Program-made: the position numbers and the translations under genes
Assembly (NCBI GenBank): GCA_963755915.1
Contig: CAVWLP010000002.1
Span: forward strand, 4,448,001-4,512,000
Source of the DNA: an uncultured Phycisphaerales bacterium
GTDB lineage: Bacteria > Planctomycetota > Phycisphaerae > Tepidisphaerales > Tepidisphaeraceae
Direction of reading: 5' to 3'
Length of the DNA: 64,000 nt
The notes under the pieces: generated by a model
What the model saw: only the letters and a program-made list of their open reading frames with translations
Database searches by the model: none
Told to the model about the DNA's origin: nothing
Shown here: piece after piece, positions 63,160-64,000 of the stretch
Numbering within the stretch: the stretch's first letter is position 1
Layout of the letters: every line of letters starts with the position of its first letter

Positions 63160-64000
63160 GTGCCGGCGGCGGAGAGAGTCGATTTTACCAGGGTGCGGGC
63201 TTCTTCAAAGATCTGGTTGAGATGGGATTCTGATTTGAGGCTTTCGGCGTAGATTTTGTAGACGTTTTCGGTGCCGCTGGGGCGGGCGGCGAACCAGCCG
63301 TTTTCGGTGGTGACTTTGAGGCCGCCGATGGGGGCGCCGTTGCCTGGGGCGGTGGTGAGTACGGCGGTGATCGGTTCGCCGGTAATTTCCTTGTGGTGAA
63401 CGGCGCTGGGACTGAGCTTGCCGAGGACGGCTTTTTCTTTGAGCGTTGCGGGCTGATCTTCGCGGCGATAGTGGGACTGGCCGAACTGGCTTTCGATCTG
63501 GGCATAATGCTCGCCGGGGCCTTTGCCGGTGCGGGCGGTGATCTCGCAGGCGAGGAGATCCATCACCGGGCCGTCCTTGTCGGTGGTCCAGACGGAGCCG
63601 TCCTTGCGGAGGAACGTGGCGCCGGCGGATTCTTCGCCGACGAAACCGAGGGAACCATCGAAAAGCCCTGAAACAAACCATTTGAAACCGACGGGCACCT
63701 CGTAGACCTTTCGCTTCAGCGACGCGCCGACGCGATCGATGATGCTGCTGCTCACGAGCGTTTTTCCGATCATCGCTTTGGCGGGCCAGTTTGGGCGATT
63801 AGTGAAAAGGTATCGGGCGCTGGCGGCGAGGTTGTGGTTCGGAGGGAGCAAGCCGACGGAGGGGGCGACGATTCCGTGGCGGTCGGCGTCGGTGTCGTTG
63901 CCGAAGGCGATCTGGTATTTGTCCTTCAAGGCGACGAGGCTGGCCATCGCGTAGGGGCTGGAGCAATCCATGCGGATTTGCCCATCGTGATCGACGGTCA
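63156..64000 (-). CDS. pgm: Phosphoglucomutase (alpha-D-glucose-phosphate specific), 5' end outside window
   Basis: [42 protein letters not shown]. Confidence 0.95.
   Translation of the reverse strand, partial: TVDHDGQIRMDCSSPYAMASLVALKDKYQIAFGNDTDADRHGIVAPSVGLLPPNHNLAASARYLFTNRPNWPAKAMIGKTLVSSSIIDRVGASLKRKVYEVPVGFKWFVSGLFDGSLGFVGEESAGATFLRKDGSVWTTDKDGPVMDLLACEITARTGKGPGEHYAQIESQFGQSHYRREDQPATLKEKAVLGKLSPSAVHHKEITGEPITAVLTTAPGNGAPIGGLKVTTENGWFAARPSGTENVYKIYAESLKSESHLNQIFEEARTLVKSTLSAAGT

Overview
GC-rich 64 kb core-chromosome segment, most likely from a planctomycete of class Phycisphaerae (Tepidisphaerales-like). This is inferred from the RpoA N-terminus [11 protein letters not shown], a PEP-CTERM/dockerin-like autotransporter-repeat protein and a planctomycete-type prepilin. 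The centre holds the S10-spc-alpha ribosomal superoperon on the minus strand (rpsJ to rplQ, with rpmD, adk, infA and rpsD absent). Left of it lie a PEP-CTERM surface protein, an LTXXQ/deiodinase-like fusion, an intact IS4-family element, a KaiC-like ATPase plus hybrid kinase pair and a GT2-thioesterase-LAB_N operon. Right of it lie a fused MFS/spermidine synthase, hisD, a double Opp peptide transporter sharing one ATPase pair, rlmN, an ECF sigma factor, HU-bioF, cysE, two phosphohexomutases, a divergent membrane pyrophosphatase, hisB/hisC, an RgpF-like protein and a CPA2 antiporter. About 18 apparent frameshifts, including in essential rpoA and rplQ and often at short homopolymers, look like long-read indel errors. 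The most unusual signals are non-coding or repeat-derived: a 126-bp palindrome inserted in frame at the start of oppC, a terminator plus three-way-junction RNA between rpsJ and rplC, stop-codon-hugging REP-like hairpins, and a dispersed AT-rich element. No CRISPR array, rRNA or tRNA was recognised. All assignments come from motif recognition by eye; no searches were run.
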